Below, one piece after another: positions 60,346-64,000 of a stretch of 64,000 nucleotides of DNA. A model generated the notes under the pieces. The model saw only the letters and a list, made by a program, of their open reading frames with translations. It made no database searches and had not been told where the DNA came from. How positions within the stretch are numbered: position 1 is the first letter of the stretch; the number at the start of each line of letters is the position of its first letter. The position numbers were made by a program, and so were the translations under genes. Origin of the DNA: Thermoplasmatales archaeon (GTDB lineage Archaea; Thermoplasmatota; Thermoplasmata; Thermoplasmatales; Thermoplasmataceae); NCBI GenBank assembly GCA_027310185.1, contig DAIDBH010000017.1, positions 1-64,000 on the forward strand, in the 5' to 3' direction.

Positions 60346-61131
60346 ATGGAAATTGAGACTGTAATTGATCCCGACAAAATGAAGAAAATGATCCCCATAA
60401 TAAAGTCGGCATGGGGGATGAACACCATGGATCAACTGGTGAAAGATATGATAGCTGCCATGAGATTCCACGGAGGATTGGCGCTTATAGCCATGGAAGA
60501 TGGCAATGCAATAGGAATGCATTTCAGCTTTACAGGAAGGAGAAATGGCAAGATATATCTATATTCCCATATGACTGGAGTTCTCAGTGATAAAAAGTAT
60601 TCAGGCGTAGGATTCAAATTGAAAATGAGGCAGAAGGAATGGGCTATGGAAAATGGATTTGATCTTATAGCATGGACATACGATCCATTAATGGGTTTGA
60701 ATGCAAATTTCAATATTCGTAAGATTGGCGCGATAGCCAGGACATATCTGAGAAATTTTTATGGAGATATGGAAGATTCCCTTAATTATGGGATTCCAAG
60801 TGACAGGTTTGTGGCTGAATGGCGGATCCTTGATGATAGGAAGGCACAGGGAAAGCCGATGCTTAATATCAATGCGTTGGAAGGAGATACGGAGTTAAAT
60901 GTAAAAGAACTGCCAGATGTGATATCGTTCAAAATTCCAGAAGATTTTCTATCAATGAAGAAGAATGATAAAGATGCCGCCTCTATGATAAGACTTTCCA
61001 CACGTACAATTTTGGAGAATTTATTTTCATCCGGATTCACAGTGACAGATTTTCATAGGGATTCCTCATCATATATCATGACAAGATGTGGTGAAGAAGA
61101 CCCCGATTTCCATGAAAATATTTTTAAATGA
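60346..61131 (+). CDS. GNAT, putative D-amino acid N-succinyltransferase
   Basis: YSHMTGV, LKMRQKEWA, WTYDPL..NANFN..K, YGDMEDSLN..PSDRF; family usually found beside NSAR/OSBS; start moved to 60346. Confidence 0.82.
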   Translation: MEIETVIDPDKMKKMIPIIKSAWGMNTMDQLVKDMIAAMRFHGGLALIAMEDGNAIGMHFSFTGRRNGKIYLYSHMTGVLSDKKYSGVGFKLKMRQKEWAMENGFDLIAWTYDPLMGLNANFNIRKIGAIARTYLRNFYGDMEDSLNYGIPSDRFVAEWRILDDRKAQGKPMLNINALEGDTELNVKELPDVISFKIPEDFLSMKKNDKDAASMIRLSTRTILENLFSSGFTVTDFHRDSSSYIMTRCGEEDPDFHENIFK

Positions 61132-61176
61132 TCTTGGTACATTGATACTCAAATATTTCAAATCTTAATTTTGGTG

Positions 61177-62277
61177 TCAGATATTGATTATCAGACTTAA
61201 AAGTGCCGAACGTTCTGGGAGAGTATCAACGAGTACATATTCATTTTCTGAATGAGCTCCGTCACCCACTGCACCTAGACCATCTATTACCGGACAATAT
61301 TTAGAACAGATATTACCATCGCTGGCTCCAGAAACAGAAACTTCATCCAGATTTATTCCAATTTGACTTGCCATAAGCTTCACTTTCTGGAAGAGTTCAC
61401 CTGTCAGCTTCGTCCTGATCATAGGTTCTCTCAATCTGTATTTGATTGATGCCACAGAGCCTTCTACATCTGGCTTTACTGATTTTAGAAATGATAATAC
61501 CCTTCCGGCAGCTTCTTCAGAACCGTATCTTAAGTCTATTCCAATTTCGCAGTAATCGGGTACCACATTTGTTCTCGTACCTCCACTGATTGTGCCTATA
61601 TTAATTAACGTGCCATCATCAATACCGGCATAAAAAACTCTAATCTTCTCGATTATAGAACTCATTGCATTTATTGCATTGACACCTTTATTCGGATCCA
61701 GCCCTGCATGTGCAGACTTCCCACTGGTGCTCAATGTTATGGTTCCGACCCCTTTTCTTTCTGTTTTTAGATTCCCATTGAGAGAAGCTTCCATGACCAG
61801 GGCAAATTTAGATCTTTTAGCTTCCTCTTCTATTATGGACCTGGAGAATGTGGAACCGATCTCTTCGTCTGATGTTACAAGCAAAACAACTCTGTTCTTA
61901 AGAGTCTTCTTACTTACTAGATAGTCCAGGGCAAAGAGGGTCTGTACCAGTCCTCCTTTCATATCAAAAACACCTGGTCCATAAGCCCGGCCATTTTCAA
62001 TCCTGAATGGATTTTTCAATGTTGTTCCCTCCCCAAAGACAGTATCATAATGAGTTAGGAGCAAAACCTGCTCGCTTGCATCTGGATTGAATACACAACG
62101 GAGATCGTTTCCAGCAGATTCAGATTTTATCAATTCGCATTCTACTCCATATAGCTTCCTTATTTTGGTTTGAAGGTAACCTGCAAAATCATCCAGAAGT
62201 TGTTTATTTGTTGAGGGGGTTTCCATGCTTACCATATCTCTGAGCATTTCTATCATTTCACCTTTTCTGGCTATCAT
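61177..62277 (-). CDS. M20 metallopeptidase (carboxypeptidase G2-like / desuccinylase)
   Basis: HYDTV, GPGVFDMKGG, DEEIGS, SAHAG, GGTRTNVVP, SDGN, GAHSENE. Confidence 0.92.
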   Translation of the reverse strand: MIARKGEMIEMLRDMVSMETPSTNKQLLDDFAGYLQTKIRKLYGVECELIKSESAGNDLRCVFNPDASEQVLLLTHYDTVFGEGTTLKNPFRIENGRAYGPGVFDMKGGLVQTLFALDYLVSKKTLKNRVVLLVTSDEEIGSTFSRSIIEEEAKRSKFALVMEASLNGNLKTERKGVGTITLSTSGKSAHAGLDPNKGVNAINAMSSIIEKIRVFYAGIDDGTLINIGTISGGTRTNVVPDYCEIGIDLRYGSEEAAGRVLSFLKSVKPDVEGSVASIKYRLREPMIRTKLTGELFQKVKLMASQIGINLDEVSVSGASDGNICSKYCPVIDGLGAVGDGAHSENEYVLVDTLPERSALLSLIINI

Positions 62278-62291
62278 ATTATCCAGTATTT

Positions 62292-63386
62292 CTATGATAA
62301 CACCCCTTCTTCAACTTTGAATTTGTTGAGCATCGATTCATTCAACTGCACTCCTATTCCTGGAGAATTGAATGGTTTAATAATTCCTTCATTCATTTCA
62401 AACAGCCTATCCACTATATCCTGGTTGAAATATCTCTCGTTAGGAGAAGTGTCACCCGGATAGTCTATATACTCACTGGATGCCATTGCTATGTTAAATG
62501 CTCTTCCAATTCCTGTTTCAAGCATACCACCGACCCATGAATGTCCCTTATTTTTTCTGGCAATTCGTGCTATGAGATTGGAATTATACAATCCACCAAC
62601 TCTACCGGGCTTAATGTTCACGACCTTACATGCACCCACTTCAAAAGCATTTTCTGCTATTTCTGGGGACGTAATGGATTCATCCAGGCATATTGGTGTT
62701 GAAAGCAATTTTGAAAGTTTCGAGTGGTAGATTATATCATCATGATAAAGTGGCTGTTCCAGATAGACTAAGTCAAATCTATCAATTTTTTCAAGCAGGT
62801 GAAAATCCTTAACAGTATAATCACTGTTGGCGTCCGCACTGAGAACTATATCGGGAAACTGATCTCTTATGGGCCTTAATATTGCAACTTCTTCCCCTTT
62901 CTTGATTTTTACTTTGATCCTTTTGTATCCTTTATCCAGTGATTCCTGAATTTTTTGCAGGGTAATATTTATTTTATCGATTCCTATGGAAATGCCAGCA
63001 TTTGCATAACCTCTTGGCTTCTCACCTAGAAACTCGAAAAGAGGTTTTTCCGCTATCTTGGAATGATAATCATAGAGCAACATTTCCATGGCTGCCTTTG
63101 CCATGTTGTTTCCCCTGATAAATTTGGAATCCTCATTGAACTTTTCAGGCAATGGCATTCCTTGAACCAATTTCACAAGATAACTCCTGATAATGTGAAA
63201 TGCTGTTGTATTATCCTCCGGCCCATAAAATGGATCCTCACTCGTAATTAATTCCGAGAATGCCCTGATCCCTTCATGATTCAGTTCAAAAATAATAACG
63301 TCCTTGTCCGAGGTAGTTCCAAAGCTAGTGGTGAACGGAGATTTCATCGGAATCTTCAACTTGTAATATTTCAGGTTCATGAACAA
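62292..63386 (-). CDS. menC: o-succinylbenzoate synthase / N-succinylamino acid racemase (NSAR/OSBS)
   Basis: PFTTSFG, KIK, DAN, EQP, LDES, NIKPGRVGG, GGMLETGIGRA, PGDTS. Confidence 0.9.
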   Translation of the reverse strand: MFMNLKYYKLKIPMKSPFTTSFGTTSDKDVIIFELNHEGIRAFSELITSEDPFYGPEDNTTAFHIIRSYLVKLVQGMPLPEKFNEDSKFIRGNNMAKAAMEMLLYDYHSKIAEKPLFEFLGEKPRGYANAGISIGIDKINITLQKIQESLDKGYKRIKVKIKKGEEVAILRPIRDQFPDIVLSADANSDYTVKDFHLLEKIDRFDLVYLEQPLYHDDIIYHSKLSKLLSTPICLDESITSPEIAENAFEVGACKVVNIKPGRVGGLYNSNLIARIARKNKGHSWVGGMLETGIGRAFNIAMASSEYIDYPGDTSPNERYFNQDIVDRLFEMNEGIIKPFNSPGIGVQLNESMLNKFKVEEGVLS

Positions 63387-63565
63387 TCGATTCAGGAAAT
63401 ATAGATAAAGATTTTGAAATGTTTTCCAGTGAATAAAAAAATTTTAACAATACAGATTTTGTTCCAACACAAGAATTCATTACCATTATCTTCAGGACTC
63501 TCATGCTATGAACATATTTACGTTTGGTAACAAACTTAATTTAACCAGGAAGAATCTTAAGAATT

Positions 63566-64000
63566 GTGTATAGTGATGTTAAGAGAGGAACTGTCGAGAC
63601 CAGAGAGATGCTCATAGATTCTCTTGATTCAGTTTTCAGGCCTGGAAATGTTACCGGTTCATCCATGGGGATTGAATTTCCTCATTTATTATCTGTTGAG
63701 AATATACAAAATACGTTCTACATTGACGATGGAAAAGTTCCTGTTAGCCAGGCAAGTGTGCTTCTATCCAAGGTATATATTAACGGTGCTATCCTGGATG
63801 TTGCTTCCCTGGGTTCAGTATCCACATTAAAGGAACACAGGCATAAAGGACTCTCTACGAGAATCATCACTGAAATGACTGAATTCTACAGAGATTCCGG
63901 AATAGATCTACTACTGGTTTCTGGAGAGATCGAGCTGTATACAAAAATGGATTGCGTCAAAACTGGATCTGATTACTTAGCTGTGATTGATAAAACAGTA
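63566..64000 (+). CDS. Eis-like GNAT acetyltransferase (partial, runs off the window)
   Basis: GTG at 63566 opens a frame to the window end: ...VFRP..SMGIEFPHLL...ASLGSVSTLKEHRHKGLS...LLLVSGEIELY; not in the ORF track. Confidence 0.8.
   Translation, partial: MYSDVKRGTVETREMLIDSLDSVFRPGNVTGSSMGIEFPHLLSVENIQNTFYIDDGKVPVSQASVLLSKVYINGAILDVASLGSVSTLKEHRHKGLSTRIITEMTEFYRDSGIDLLLVSGEIELYTKMDCVKTGSDYLAVIDKTV

Noticed and set aside
62292-63386. Menaquinone biosynthesis operon
   Set aside because: No other men genes; neighbours are the GNAT and M20 of the racemisation module. A dual role is not excluded.
1-64000. tRNA or rRNA genes
   Set aside because: No GC-rich cloverleaf or rRNA-like segment recognised in the intergenic regions by eye.

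Overview
The window looks like archaeal DNA from a Thermoplasmatales-like acidophile. This is an inference from two TrmB regulators, a LacS-type GH1, Asn/Ser/Thr-rich solute-binding proteins anchored by TM helices rather than lipoboxes, and a Thermoplasma/Picrophilus-style CRISPR repeat. Layout: (i) 1-3.8 kb is a decayed mobile/defence patch with an IS110, a resolvase-type HTH remnant, an AbiJ/HEPN-like gene, an orphan CRISPR repeat with leader and cas2 fragment, and an IS66 remnant. (ii) 3.9-25.5 kb holds two back-to-back TrmB/GH31/ABC sugar loci plus GH13, MFS and GH1. (iii) 25.4-26.9 kb is a Doc/Fic module between direct repeats of a gene junction. (iv) 26.9-34.2 kb carries YtrA-GntR/DUF1648, fixABCX, a ChrB-like gene and a lactate oxidase-family gene. 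(v) 34.3-64 kb is the main finding: a cluster of about 30 kb that encodes an essentially complete bacterial peptidoglycan salvage pathway. It includes NagZ, two NamZ, an AmiE-like enzyme, a MurK-like kinase, MurQ, NagA, a GlcN6P deaminase, DacB, LdcA, NlpC/P60, an Ala-Glu epimerase, LysA, a GlmA-like GNAT, a peptide-binding protein and an NSAR-type D-to-L amino acid module. The apparent host lineage makes no peptidoglycan. All calls come from motif recognition by eye; no searches were run.
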